Source of the DNA: Octopus sinensis
Lineage: Eukaryota
Direction of reading: 5' to 3'
DNA: 64,000 bases
Assembly: GCF_006345805.1 (NCBI RefSeq)
Contig: NC_043004.1
Coordinates: 86,366,001 to 86,430,000 of the forward strand
The position numbers were made by a program, and so were the translations under genes. Positions 1-12,712 of the stretch are shown in pieces. The first letter of the stretch is position 1. Every line of letters starts with the position of its first letter. The notes below the pieces were generated by a model. The model ran no database searches, was not told the origin of the DNA, and saw only the letters and a program-made list of their open reading frames with translations.

Positions 1-78
1 TCTATATTGGCTACCATATGCCATCAAACAGCAAAGTTATTCTTTGAGCTGTGTGTGTGTGTGTACATACACACACAC

Positions 79-122
79 ACAGTCTAATGAAGACTAGCAG
101 GCCAAAACTTCGAAGTCACTGT
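79..122 (+). ncRNA. Decayed minimal type I hammerhead ribozyme motif (Penelope-like pLTR remnant)
   Basis: ACAGT-CTAATGA-A-GACT(AGCA)GGCC-AAAA-CTT(CG)AAG-TC-ACTGT: perfect 5-bp stem I, palindromic stem III and GUC site; G>A changes versus the CUGAUGA/GAAA core. Confidence 0.6.
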
Positions 123-1462
123 CTTCTCTTTTCTTGTATAAATGTCTAAGAAACACGTACTTTACTAAAAAGTATTGAGTAATTTTCAGTCTAATGTTAA
201 ATTGTTTTCACATATAATGATAAAAAATAAACATAAATACATATACATATGCACACACACACACACATATATATACAACCCGTTAAAATCCTATTTAAAA
301 AAAAAACAAATCTTCCCTTCAATTCATTTCCTTTTTTCTCACTTAGATACCTGTACCCTTTATTGCTAACCCCTTCTCTCTGCAAGTAAATATTTCTTAC
401 TTAACCCTATCACCACCACCACCAACACCACCTCAGACCCTTCTGTTAACACCTCCTCTCCCACTGCCCCTCCTTCTGTGATTTGCGGTTCCCACACCCA
501 CAGCCTCTGTTTAGTCTATATTTACCTGCCTTATATTTATGTAATCTCTTTCTCTTTACTTTGTGTGTGTATGTGTGTGTGCATGCACGTGTGCCCTCAC
601 TATACCTCTATACTTCTTGCTCCCCTGCCCACTTGTCCATACACACTATTTTCCCATAATTGCCCTGATTCACACAGACACTGGTTTCCACAACTGCGTA
701 AAGTACACCCACTGCATCCTTGCTTCGAATCTTCACATGGCAAAGCATTAACGAATGTCATAAATGCGATACGTTCAGACTTCCACCCAGCTACATATAC
801 CATGCATTTAAGAAGTTCACATTGCAACCAAGCGGTTTTGGGGTTCAGTCCCACTATACACCTTGTAGGTCCTGTCCAATCAATGTCGTATAAGTGAACT
901 TGGTAGACAATTTGTGTGTGTGTGCGTGTTTATACATGCACACACAAATGTAGACAGATAGACAGAAAGATACATACATACTAATACATACTGATAGATA
1001 TATAAATAGATATATACATACTGATAGCTGGAAAAATACATATATAAATACTGATAGATAGATACATACATACATACAGACATGTTCGTACACAAATACA
1101 TAGTCATATCTGTATGTATGTACATGCAGACAGGTTTATACATACAGACAGACAGACAGACAGGTATATATGTATGAACATACATAGACAGACACAGAGA
1201 TAGATAGAATAGACAGACATAAAATTGTTACTTGCACCGTATGCAGCAAAACGATGATTCGTACATTTATATCTCATACATTTTGGCAGATTTTTTTATA
1301 CACAGACACACACACACACATATTTCCTTTATTTTTAATTTGAAATCACAAAATGACTCAGGGGCTAAGAATTTTATATATGCCACTTGATAAATCTCTC
1401 AGCTCTTCAGTTAGTTAAATTCTGCCAATTAAAAATAATATATATATATATATATATCTCCT

Positions 1463-1830
1463 CATCATCATTATCATCGTTTAACATCCGTTTTCCCTGC
1501 TGGCATGGGTTGGATAGTTTCACTGGGGACTGACAAGCCAGGAGGCTCTACCAGGCTCCAATCTGATCTGGCTGTGTTTCTACAACTGGATGCCCTTCTT
1601 AACGCCAACGAGTTCAAGAATGTAGTGGGTGTTTTTCATGTGCCACCAGCATAGGAGCCGGTCAGGTGGCACTGGCATTGACCATGTACGGACAGTGCTG
1701 TTTACATGCCACCAGCATGGGGAGTCAGTCAGGCGGCGCTGGCAACAACTCACACATGAATGTAGCTTATTGTGTGTCACAACTACAAGTTTCCATTTGA
1801 TTGTGATTTGATTTTTGATTTTGATTTTAC
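1463..1830 (-). mobile_element. RTE-related 3' end with ~60-bp internal repeats and (GAT)n tail
   Basis: Same sequence family as 21863-22524, where it is attached to an RTE ORF C-terminus. Confidence 0.75.
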
Positions 1831-1839
1831 TTGACTCAA

Positions 1840-2026
1840 TATATATATACATACATACATAGTTATGTACATTTGTACATACATACATACAGACAGATAT
1901 ATATGTATGTACATATATATAGACAGACAGGTACATATGTACATACATACATACATACATACATACATAGATATATACATACATATATACATACATACAT
2001 ACATACATACATACATACATACATAC
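1840..2026 (+). repeat. (TACA)n/(TA)n compound microsatellite
   Basis: Direct reading of the sequence. Confidence 0.95.
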
Positions 2027-2027
2027 A

Positions 2028-2327
2028 GGCGCATGGCTTAGTGGTTAGGATGTTGCACTCACGATTGCGAGATCATGGGTTTGATTCCCAGACCAGGCGT
2101 TGCGTTGTGTTCTTGAGCAAAGCATTCATTTCAGGTTACTCCACAATCATTCCAACATCTGACATGTGGCACCCAGTTGCACCTGTATAGGTAACATCGA
2201 TTTGATGGAGAGAGTGTGCTTATGTCTACATAAACATTTGACCACTATAAACAAATCATCTGTGTGGTTGTTCGGCAAGAAAGTGTTGAACCCTCATACG
2301 TCGCCAAATGACATCAGAGTCCATGTA
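2028..2327 (+). mobile_element. tRNA-derived SINE
   Basis: A box TGGCTTAGTGG, B-box-like GGTTTGATTCC, followed by TGTGTTCTTGAGCAAAGCA; related heads at 59292, 9726(-) and 16550(-). Confidence 0.8.
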
Positions 2328-2790
2328 AAGACAGATAGGATGCCACTAAGCATTTTGCCCGGAGTGCTAACCCCAGTGCATAACTGGTATTTATTTAATC
2401 AAACCCCACCAAAAGGATGAAAGGTAAAGTCCACCTCAGAAAGTAGTGACAGGCGAAATACTACTAAGCATTTCATCTGTCATGCTAATGATCCTGCCAG
2501 CTCACCGCCTTAAAATTAATAATGATAATGATAATAATAATAATGGCTTCAAATTTTGGCACAAGACCAGCAAATTCAGGTGAAGGGATAAGTCGATTAT
2601 ATCTCCAGTACTCAACTGGTGCTTATTTAATCGACCTCCGAAAGGATGAAAGGCAAAGTTGACCCCAGCAACATTTGAGCTCAGAACACAAAGACAGACG
2701 AACTACCCCTAGGCATCTTACCCAGCATATTAACAATTCAGCCTGCTCACCACCTTCTTTGATGATGGTGAAGATGATGATGATGATGAT

Positions 2791-3349
2791 AAATGCCCTG
2801 ATGCAGTACCAGACAGTGGCTCTCATGGCTTCTGATCTTAACTGATTGGAAGTATTATCATGTACATTGTTTTGTCTTGGTATAAAAGATGGGCTACAGC
2901 AAATATTCTGCTCAATACCACAGATTTGCTTGTCAGTTGTTTGACCTTACCCAGTTGAGCATGTCACGTAGTGGCTGACGATATGTGCATCTCTGATCAC
3001 GAGCAGAAGTAGTGGGGGAGCATCATAGCCATGTGTTGAAAGGAACTCTTTGGAGTTTGGATAATTCACCTTTGGAAACATGGGTGGTTCGTTCAACATC
3101 CTTAAACAACCCTTATTCAAGGACCTTTTGAGCGGGATGGGTTACTTGACCTGAAGAAAATTCTAACTGGGCCCCACCTGCAAGGTCATGTGCTGTTTAT
3201 CTTGATATGAGATCACCATGTCGCGCACACATGGTTGTGATGCATGTGCCTAGTGTACCCTCATCAGACGGGTAGTCATGATGGGTATACTGGGCTTCAT
3301 TTATTTTACCCTAGTGTCAGTTTGATGGCATGCACTACTCTCTCACTCA
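2791..3349 (+). mobile_element. ~560-bp non-coding interspersed repeat ending in CTCTCTCACTCA-(ATA)n
   Basis: 5'-truncated copies at 44607-44919(+) and 50871-51329(-) share the same 3' end against TAA repeats. Confidence 0.8.
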
Positions 3350-3397
3350 ATAATAAAATTATTATAATAATAATAATAATAATAATAATGTACTCAC

Positions 3398-3512
3398 CAG
3401 TCCATAAGCAACACTTCGCTCTTCCTCAGAAGTAACATCAGCAACATAAGCAAAGACAACACTAAAGGTGACAGCAAATATTCCTGACATGGACAATATG
3501 GCGAAGTACCAC
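3398..3512 (-). CDS. MFSD14A: MFSD14/HIAT1-like exon (115 nt, G+WYFAILSMSGIFAVTFSVVFAYVADVTSEEERSVAYGL)
   Basis: caacag| ... |gtgagt. First G completes the split TGG (Trp) codon of the previous exon; AYVAD...ER...YG is a tetracycline-transporter-like MFS motif. Gene continues beyond the left end of the window. Confidence 0.95.
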
Positions 3513-3632
3513 CTGTTGTAGGGAAGAGAAAAGAAAATAGAAATATTAACAATAATGATAATAATGATGATTCCTTTATTAACCACAAAGGGATTACATT
3601 AAGAAAAAAATTAAAATAATATTGATAATAAT

Positions 3633-4003
3633 AACAAGAGCACTCAAAAAGTGCAAATCTCTGCCAAGGCAACACCAATGTCCTCTCAACGATTAGCTGG
3701 AGATGATTTTTAAAATGAGAATATCCGAAATAAACTCGATGATTCTCACAACTGAGAATACTAAAGATGAACCCGACTGCTCTCAAAACAAATTAAGTAA
3801 AAAGAAAACAGGAAAAATAATCCAGAATCTTTGTCTGGTACTGGATCGATCACAAAATCTAATCAGTTTGTGCCAGTCACAAGGTCAAACATCCCTCAAA
3901 GTTTCATCCGAATCCATCCAGCGGTTCTTGAAATATCTTGTCCACAGACAAACAAACTAACAAACACAACTGAAGACAATACCTCCACCTTCACAGGCGG
4001 CGG
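3633..4003 (-). mobile_element. Helentron/DINE-like non-autonomous rolling-circle element
   Basis: Inverted homologue of 50046-50404; subterminal ACCTCCGCC/GGCGGAGGT-type inverted repeats, a terminal hairpin and a (TTTG)n-like tract. Confidence 0.65.
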
Positions 4004-4392
4004 CGGCGACAACGACGACGACGACAACAACAACAACAACAGACACATGTGACTGCACACAAATGAAAATCTTTAATTGTTTGCCTGCTTAGTTAGGGTT
4101 AACCTGAAACTAAACAACATGTCCATGCACTTTGCACTATTACAGTCATCAATATGCACAAGAAATTGATCCTCTAAAAATGTGTGTAAATACATTATTT
4201 ACTGTAAATCAATTATTTTTTTTAATATAAGTGATTTCATTTTTCTACATAACTCATAGCTTACCCACTAAATGATATATTAATTAACATCATCCTTATT
4301 GTTTTATCTCCTACCTCATGCTGGTATGGGATGATCAAGACTTTTTGAGGCAGTGTCTTGGAGTCAAATTGTCATTATTGATTCCAATCCTC

Positions 4393-4563
4393 TAACCCTT
4401 TAGCATTTAAACCAACCATATCTAGCCAAACTATTCTGCCTATTTTATGTTTAAAACATCCAGATCTGGCCTTTCGCACCTACCCTTCAATATCACTTTG
4501 AAAGTATACAATCACATCATTAACATGTAGAAGTTATGAGAGTGTGAATAATTAAAGGGTTAC
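4393..4563. mobile_element. piggyBac-type MITE (CCCTTTAGCATT end family), degenerate
   Basis: taaCCCTTTA...TAAAGGGtta ends; relatives at ~9023-9248, ~14621-14812 and ~46311. Confidence 0.6.
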
Positions 4564-5809
4564 GTTTTAATATGAAATCTAAACCAAATGCAACCACAGT
4601 AAACATTGAAAAAAATATATAAATAAAACACAGAGTTATATGAAGAATTAACAAGAATATCCCCAATTAAAATAAGCTTGCATTATTTGTTAAATGCCTG
4701 CCTGCTGTACATCTCCATTTCCTTGAGTTTAATTGGCCAGAAAATTTAGTTAATTTTTACATATGAAATGTTTAAAACACATGTTTTAATACCGAATGTC
4801 TTTCAGAACTAACATATATATACACCATCAAAGTCAGTAGGTTTTTCTCTGTTGTTGTTGTATGTGCAAAATGATGGAGAACAGGATTGTCGAACCAACA
4901 CATGACAGCACAGAAATAAACAGATGTAACATAATGATGATTGATGACAAAGTCTACATAAATAGCAAAGGTTTTCAATTATACACACATGGACATTTAA
5001 AATACATATAACAGACACATGCGACTGCACACAAATGCAAACTTATACATTAACTCACACACATCTACAGACCATGTATTTTATGTGAAAAGCATTTCAA
5101 ATAAACTACAAGAATTTATACATCCAATTATAATTTTCAATTTTATTGCACAGGTTTATGGCAGCATGTGAGGTGAATGACACAATTACTCAACTTGTGG
5201 AGAAATTAAGGCAGGCAAGGCAATGATCTTTCATTGGCACTTTTCCTGGTAAATTTCTGGTAAATTCACAGCTTCTCAACAGAAATTATATGTATGCACA
5301 ATCCAGAATTGGGGCATAATATACAAGAAACAACAAATTGCAAATAACATTAAAGGATGGCTCACATAACTTCTTTATCCTTTTTAATGTTGTTGTTGTT
5401 TAACCCCAGGCCAGCCTTATTCGAGCAGACCCTATGATCAGAGGGATTCTAGCTGTAACACTTTTTTTTCTTTCCTAGAAGCACAAAGCCTGAAATTTTG
5501 CGGAAGGTAGGTTAGTCAATACCATTCATTCCAACACACATATACACACTCAAGCACATATACACACTCAAGCACATATACATACACACATTTGTTAATT
5601 GAGGTTGGTAAAGTGAAATTAAAGGTGGTGGTGGTGGTGGTGCCACTGCCTAAGACCGCCTGTATTAAAGTCTTTATATGACAATAAGAAAGTGCAAGAT
5701 TTCAGTCCATTGACACCAAAAAAAAAAAAAACAACTGAGTTTATATTGCCAATTAACGATGCACTTAAGCAACCTACTTGTTAGAAACATAGTCATGAAA
5801 GGGTCAAAT

Positions 5810-6426
5810 CAGTGATTCTCAACCATTTTTTTATCTATGAACCTCTTTGATTAATTACCATTCTATTCCAGTGGACCCCCATAGCCATTCGATGTTTAAA
5901 AGCAAGTTTTATAGATACATCTTTCATGATTCCAATTTTGTTATTCAACTTCTGTAGGTTGAACTTTGTAAAACGTTTGAGAAAGAAATTTAGCTGTTTC
6001 TTGCAATAAACACATCTAAAGCAAAATTGTTTTATGGACAATTGGAAATGAAGGACACCACTTGTACGACAGTGACACTCATTTACAACAATCACATGAT
6101 GTCAAGACAAAGAGACACCATTTCTCTCTCTCTCACACACACACACGTATATGACAAGCTTCTTTCAGTTTCTCTCTACCAAGTCCATACACAAGGCTTT
6201 GGTTGGCCTAGGGCTATAGCAAAAACACCTGCCCAAGGTGTCATGCAGTGGGACTGAACCTAGTACTACAGGAGCTGAAGAGCAAACTTCTTACCACAAA
6301 GCCATGCTTGCACTTCATAAATCCTTATACTACTGTAGATCCTCAATTTAATATTTTGCTACCATGGGGCCGCCAAAAATGCTATATGGACCCCTTGGGG
6401 TCATATGGATCCCAGTCAAGAACATC
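5810..6426. mobile_element. hAT-like MITE interrupted by a 293-bp duplicated segment
   Basis: Left end CAGTGATTCTCAACC, degenerate right end GTCAAGAAC, internal GGACCCC motifs. Confidence 0.55.
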
Positions 6427-7425
6427 ATCATCGTCGTCATTTAACATCCACTTTCCATGCTGGCATGGGTTGGACAATTTGACAGAAGACTGGCAAGCCA
6501 GGAGGCTGCACCAGGCCCCAATCTGATCTGGCAAGGTTTCTACAGCTAAATGCCTTTCCTAATGCCAACCACTCTGAGAGTTTAGTGGGTGGTTTTTATG
6601 TGCCACCAGCATGGAATCCAGTTAGGCAGCACTGGCATCAACCACATTCAGATGGTGCTTTTTACATGTCACTGGCATGGGAGCCAGTCAGGGAGCACTG
6701 ACATTGACCACATTTGGATGGTGCATTTTATGTGCCACCAGCACAGGAGCCAGTCAGAGGCACTGGCACAGTGGGTTAAATGATCGAGCAGAAGCTTCAT
6801 TGGATAATCAACAGAAAAATGTAAGAGGTGTATTCCAACCCATACACAAACTCATCGTCATTATCATTTAATGTCCACTTTTCCATGCTTGCATGGGACA
6901 GACAGAATCCATTGAGGCAGATCTTTCTAGGGTTGGAGGCCTTCTCCATCACCAACCCTCACCTGTTTCCAAGCAAGGTAAAAATTTCCCTATTGTCAGA
7001 TATATTTTTCACAGAAGGCTGGAAACAAAACAATCTCATTTGTATTACAGTGATGCTCATTTACAACCATCATGTAATGTCTAGATAAGGGTACACATAA
7101 ACACACACATAACACTATCATCATCATCATCTAATGTCCATTTTCCATGCTATCCTGACACCAACTACCTTACATGGTGTGTATGTATGTATGTGTGTAT
7201 GTGTGTATATATACACACACACATACATAACAGGCTCTTTTTCAGCTTCCATCTATCAGATTCGGTCACATTTAGTCACAAGGTTTTGGCTGGCTCAGGA
7301 CTATAGAAGAAGACTAGGTGCCTCACAGTAGGACTGAACCCTAGACCACATGGTTGGGAAGCAAGCTTTTTAACAACACAATCAACATAACTCTTTGCAA
7401 ATTATAGTATTAAAGGAATACTTAC

Positions 7426-7553
7426 CAAGGACTTATCTTCATCAGTGGAATTGGAGCACATGTGAAGGAAACTGTTAGAATCAGGAAAGGTTTTCGACCC
7501 CAAACATCTGAGAGGGCTCCAATCAATGGAGCACTCAAGAATGAGAGCATACC
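7426..7553 (-). CDS. MFSD14A: MFSD14/HIAT1-like exon (128 nt, GMLSFLSAPLIGALSDVWGRKPFLILTVSFTCAPIPLMKISP+TG)
   Basis: tttaag| ... |gtaag, phase 0/2; contains MFS motif A (GALSDVWGRK). Confidence 0.96.
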
Positions 7554-8414
7554 CTTAAATAAAGAGAAAGAGCAATAAGATGAAGACAAGGAGTTAATAT
7601 ACACACTAATGTACTTAGAAAGTCTTTCAGTAAAAATCAATACAAAAAAGAAGTCATGCACACATACACACACAATGACAAATACATGCTGAAGAGTCTG
7701 CCAATGAATAAACAACCTTTTTACTATTCATAATAGTCTGTGTACATATAGGTATACAGATATACACACTAAAACCACTAGTAATATTTTCTTACTTTGC
7801 ATAAAGCAAGCCCGTAAATAATAAATAATAGCAATAGAAGTCACAGTAAGACATCATGAGAATGTGACAGGTAATGAAGATTCTCAACGTGAGAAGGTTT
7901 ATCGATCAGGTGAATGACAACACTCATTTCTTAATGTAGTCTGGCCTGCGGGTGGTCGAAGGAAATATGCCACAATGAGAGCAACACATGACAGTGAATT
8001 GACTTATCTATTTATTATGGAGAATCAACAGCTGTTGAAGGCCATGGTTTAGCAGTGTTTAGACAGCAAACTTAGCAGCTGGGATAGTGGGGCCAAAACA
8101 GTATAAGAAAGTGAATTTGTTTTGAAGGCAAAGAAGGTTGCAAAAATGTTGGCTTTGGCAGCGAGAATGTTTCTATGATAACAAAGTCAGTTAGGTAAAG
8201 TGTGAGAGAAAAGGACAGTTCCCACAGAGTGCAGGTGATGAACTTGGCAAGAAAGCTATTTTGGAGAGAAAGCAATGAAAACAACTGCAAGATATGTTAT
8301 CATAAACTTAAAGGTTGTTCCTCTACTCTTTCAGTCCATTATCCAGTTCTGCAACAAAGATACACATGACTAGAGCTGAGTAGAACCATCTGACAAATAA
8401 CAACAGACAAGTAC

Positions 8415-8675
8415 ATCATCATCATCATCATCATCATCATCACCACCACCATCAGTTTGATATCCATTTTTCCATGGATCAGACAGAATTTGTTGAGCTA
8501 GGTTTTCTGCAACCCTTCCTGTCATCACTAGCCCTCACCTGTTTCCAGGTATACGGTAATATTTCCCTACGGCTGAACATATTTTCACGGACAATTGGAA
8601 ATGAAGGACACCACTTGTATGACAGTGACACTCATTTACAACAATCACATGATGTCGAGACAAAGAGACACTATT

Positions 8676-8716
<41 letters not shown>

Positions 8717-8883
8717 AGTATATGACAAGCTTCTTTCAGTTTCCCTCTACCAAGTCCATACACAAGGCTTTGGTTGGCCTAGGGCTATAGCAAAAACACC
8801 TGCCCAAGGTGTCATGCAGTGGGACTGAACCCAGTACTACAGGAGCTGAAGAGCAAACTTCTTACCACAAACCCATGCTTGCA
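8415..8883 (-). mobile_element. CORE-like SINE with RTE-related (GAT)n tail
   Basis: Minus strand: tRNA-like head, CCTTGGGCAGGTG CORE-like segment, then GGAAACAGGTGAGGG...GATGATG tail; relatives near 20520-20918, 39876-40260 and 52730-52972. Confidence 0.7.
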
Positions 8884-9399
8884 CTTCATAAATCCTTATC
8901 AATTGCTACAACTGAATAAGTTTATCAACTTCATCAATGGAAGTATACCCTTTGCCATTGCATGTGGACATTATAACTGCCTTGCCATAAAACACTGCTT
9001 CAGCATTAAATCCCTAAGATATTGACCCTTTAGCATTTAAACCAGTCATATCCTGCCCTAATAGTCTACTTGTTTTATGGTCAAACCAGCCAGATTGGGC
9101 TTCTCACACTAACCCTACAATGTCGTTCTAAAAATAAGCAATCACATCATTGAAACTGCAAAGCTACAAGATAATGCTTTATCTATGGAAAACAATGAGA
9201 ATAAACAAGTGTTGCATTTGACAGAGTAATCTAAATATTGACAGGTTAAACGAAACAAGATGAAAGATGATTGGTTGAACTGGCCTTCGAAAGGGAAATA
9301 TCTCAAGAAACCAAGCCAACATATCATTTTGTAGAACCATTTAACTTATATACATACACAATATATTTACATATATAAAAAAAAAATGTCACAAAAAAG

Positions 9400-9726
9400 G
9401 GTAAAGAGCCCTTTCAGTCAGATTGCACCTAGAAAGTTCCCCTCCAAGGCACAAGTCCGGACAAGGTTGTTTATGGAAGACCACCAGTTGCCCATGCATG
9501 CCAACTTCCCCTCCCTACACCACTGATGTTATCCAAGGAAAAGGCAAAGGCCGACACACTTTGGTACGAGTGACATTGCAATTCATTTTTATTGCTGAGT
9601 AAACTGGAGCAAGGTGAAATAAAGTTTCCTGCTCAAGAACACAACACACAGTCCAGTCTGGGAATTGAACTTATTATCTCATGATTGTGAGTCTGACGCT
9701 CTAGCCACTGAGCCATGCACCTTCAC
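9400..9726 (-). mobile_element. tRNA-derived SINE (second copy 16197-16550)
   Basis: Minus-strand head GTGAAGGTGCATGGCTCAGTGG...GTTCAATTCCC; aligns along its length with 16197-16550. Confidence 0.8.
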
Positions 9727-10332
9727 AATTACCACATATAAGTGAAATAAACAGCAGAGTTGCTTTGGTTCAAGCAGAAAGTGCAGAAGCTACTCTAAGG
9801 TATTACAAGCTCTTTTCCTGAATCCATTGCAATGTTGGAAACCCACCTGTATCATCAGCAGGTATCTCAGGGTCACAAGTTTTCTACCCTTAGCTTGTAC
9901 ACTTTATCTGAGTGCAGCAGAAAAAAAGACAATAAAATTAATTTACAAAATTCGACATAAAGAGTCTTGTACAGATGATCACACTCATGCAATTAATAGG
10001 TCTTCACAATCCAGATTGACTTGGGGTTAAATAAAAACATCATAAGTAGGTACAATGATGTATCTTTCCCACATGTCAGCAGAGAAATGGAATTCAGTGT
10101 CGGTCAACATAGAAAGAATATACACGGAGTAGAACAGAAACGTGATTTTCTTTTTAAGGTCATGAGACTGGCTTTATACTGCAAATAGGTGAATATGTGA
10201 GAACTTGATCAACAGGTGAAAAAAATAAAAAGAAAGCAACATGCCTGATAGGAAAAAAACATGAACAATGGCACAGGCAAACAAACACAGGGTATTCTTT
10301 ACAGAAGCAAATAAGACCAACATATTACTTAC

Positions 10333-10395
10333 TTTCACTCCTTGAATAAGTCCATTCATCAAAAATGTGTGATCAGGGAATGTGTCATTTAAGAC
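10333..10395 (-). CDS. MFSD14A: MFSD14/HIAT1-like exon (63 nt, VLNDTFPDHTFLMNGLIQGVK)
   Basis: ttccag| ... |gtaagt, phase 0/0; HTFLMNGLIQGVK is a HIAT1 family signature. Confidence 0.95.
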
Positions 10396-10404
10396 CTGGA
10401 AGTA

Positions 10405-10461
<57 letters not shown>

Positions 10462-10494
10462 CACAACAATGGTAAAAATAACAACAATAATAAT

Positions 10495-11128
10495 CATCAT
10501 CGTCATTTAACGTCCATTGTCCAAGCTGGCGTGAGTTGGACATTTTGATCAACACTGGCAAGTTAGAAGGCTGCACCTGACTCCAGTCTGGTTTGGCATG
10601 GTGTCTATGACTGGATGCCCATCCTAATGCCAACCACTCCAAGAGTGTAATGGGTGCTTTTACAAGCCACTGGCATAGGTGCTATTTGTATGACACCGGT
10701 ATCTGTCATGACTGCGATTTTACTTGGCTTGATGGGTCTTCTTCTCAAGCACAGCATAATGCCGAAGGTCTTGGTCATTCGTCACTGCCTCCACGAGGCT
10801 CAACACTCGAAAAGTGTTTTTCACAGGCCACTTTACCTCGCGAGGCGTAATGCTCGAAAGGTGCTTTTTATGTGCTACCGACATAGGTGCCAGTTACGTG
10901 ACACGAGCATCAGCCACAACTATGATTTCACTTGGCTTGACAGGTCTTCTAAAGTAAAGCATATCGCCAAAGGTCTCGGTCACCAGTCGTCGCCCCTGGG
11001 AGGCCCTAAGTTCAAAGATCATACTTCATCACCTCATCTTATGTCTTCCTGGGTCTACCTCTACCACAGGTTCCCTCCACAATTAGAGATCAACACTTCT
11101 TTACACAGCTGTCCTCATCCATATGCAT
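10495..11128 (-). mobile_element. 5'-truncated, degenerate RTE LINE 3' end
   Basis: Minus-strand remnant MDEDSCVKKC*SLIVEGTCGRGRPRKT, plus 3' UTR and (GAT)n tail. Confidence 0.75.
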
Positions 11129-11144
11129 CTTTTCTGTTATATTA

Positions 11145-11491
11145 GGAGGGGGAGCTAGTTAATCACATTGGCCCCCACCCCAGTGCACAACTGGTAAATA
11201 TTTTTTCCATTAAACAGTTTGTCTGACATGCTAATGTTTCTACCAGCTCACCTAATAACAATAATTCTTTCTACTATAGGCACAAGGCCTAAAATTTGGG
11301 GGAGGGGGATAGTCGATTACTTTGACCACAGTACTCAACTGGTATTTACTTCATCCAAAGGGATGAAAGGCAGTCGGCCTCAATGGAATTTGAACTCACA
11401 ATGTGAAGATGATCAAAATATTGTTAAGCATTTCACCCAGCATGCTAACAATTCTGCCAACTCACTGCTTTCAACAACAGCAATAGTAGTA

Positions 11492-11523
<32 letters not shown>

Positions 11524-12196
11524 CATTTCCACTAAAGACACATGGCCTGAAATTTTGGGGGAGCAGCTAGTCGATTATATCAACTCTGGCGTTTCACTGG
11601 TACTTAATTTCTGGACCCCAAAGGGAAGAAAGGCAAAGCCGATCTTGGTGGAATTTGAATATAGCAACAGGTGAAATGCCATTAAGCATTTCATCCAGCA
11701 TGCTAACAGTTCTGCCAGCTCACCACCTTAATAATAATAATAATAATAATTATCCTTTTGGTTATAGGCACAAGGCCTGAAATTTTGGGAGAGGAGGGGT
11801 ATGTTGATTACATCGACCCCAGTGTTTCACTGGTACTTAATTTATTGACCCCAAAAGGATGAAAGACAAAGTCAACCTTGGCAGAATTTGAATGTAGCAG
11901 CAGATGAAATACCACTAAGCATTTCACCTAGTGTGCTAACGATTCTGCCAGCTCGTTGCCTTAATAATTATAATTATTATTATCGTTTAAAATTTTTGCC
12001 ACAATGCAGCTTGGGGGGAGGTAGGGATGAGTAGATTACATCAACTCCACTGTTCAACAGGTACTTATTTTATCAACGCCAAAAGGATGAAAGGCAAAGT
12101 CAACCTCAACAGAATTTGAACTCAAAATGTAGCAATGAGCAAAATACTGCTAAGCATTTCATCCAACATGCTAATAATTCTGCCAACTCACCACCT
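11145..12196 (-). mobile_element. Head-to-tail array of ~5 copies of one tRNA-derived SINE separated by (TAA)n
   Basis: Repeated ...GGATGAAAGGCAAAGTC...GCTAACAATTCTGCCAGCTC units at ~11145, 11265, 11525, 11752 and 11985. Confidence 0.85.

Positions 12197-12712
<516 letters not shown>

Noticed and set aside
563-751. Penelope RT-GIY-YIG linker remnant (TGFHNC...HC)
   Set aside because: Resemblance is too short and degenerate to support without a profile search.
1-3397. Next MFSD14 exon (expected VSATFAASL-like)
   Set aside because: No matching frame found; it probably lies outside the window.
11145-12196. Strict TAA site-specificity of this SINE family
   Set aside because: Copies at 23941, 34317 and 52055 have 16-18-bp TSDs in non-TAA sequence.
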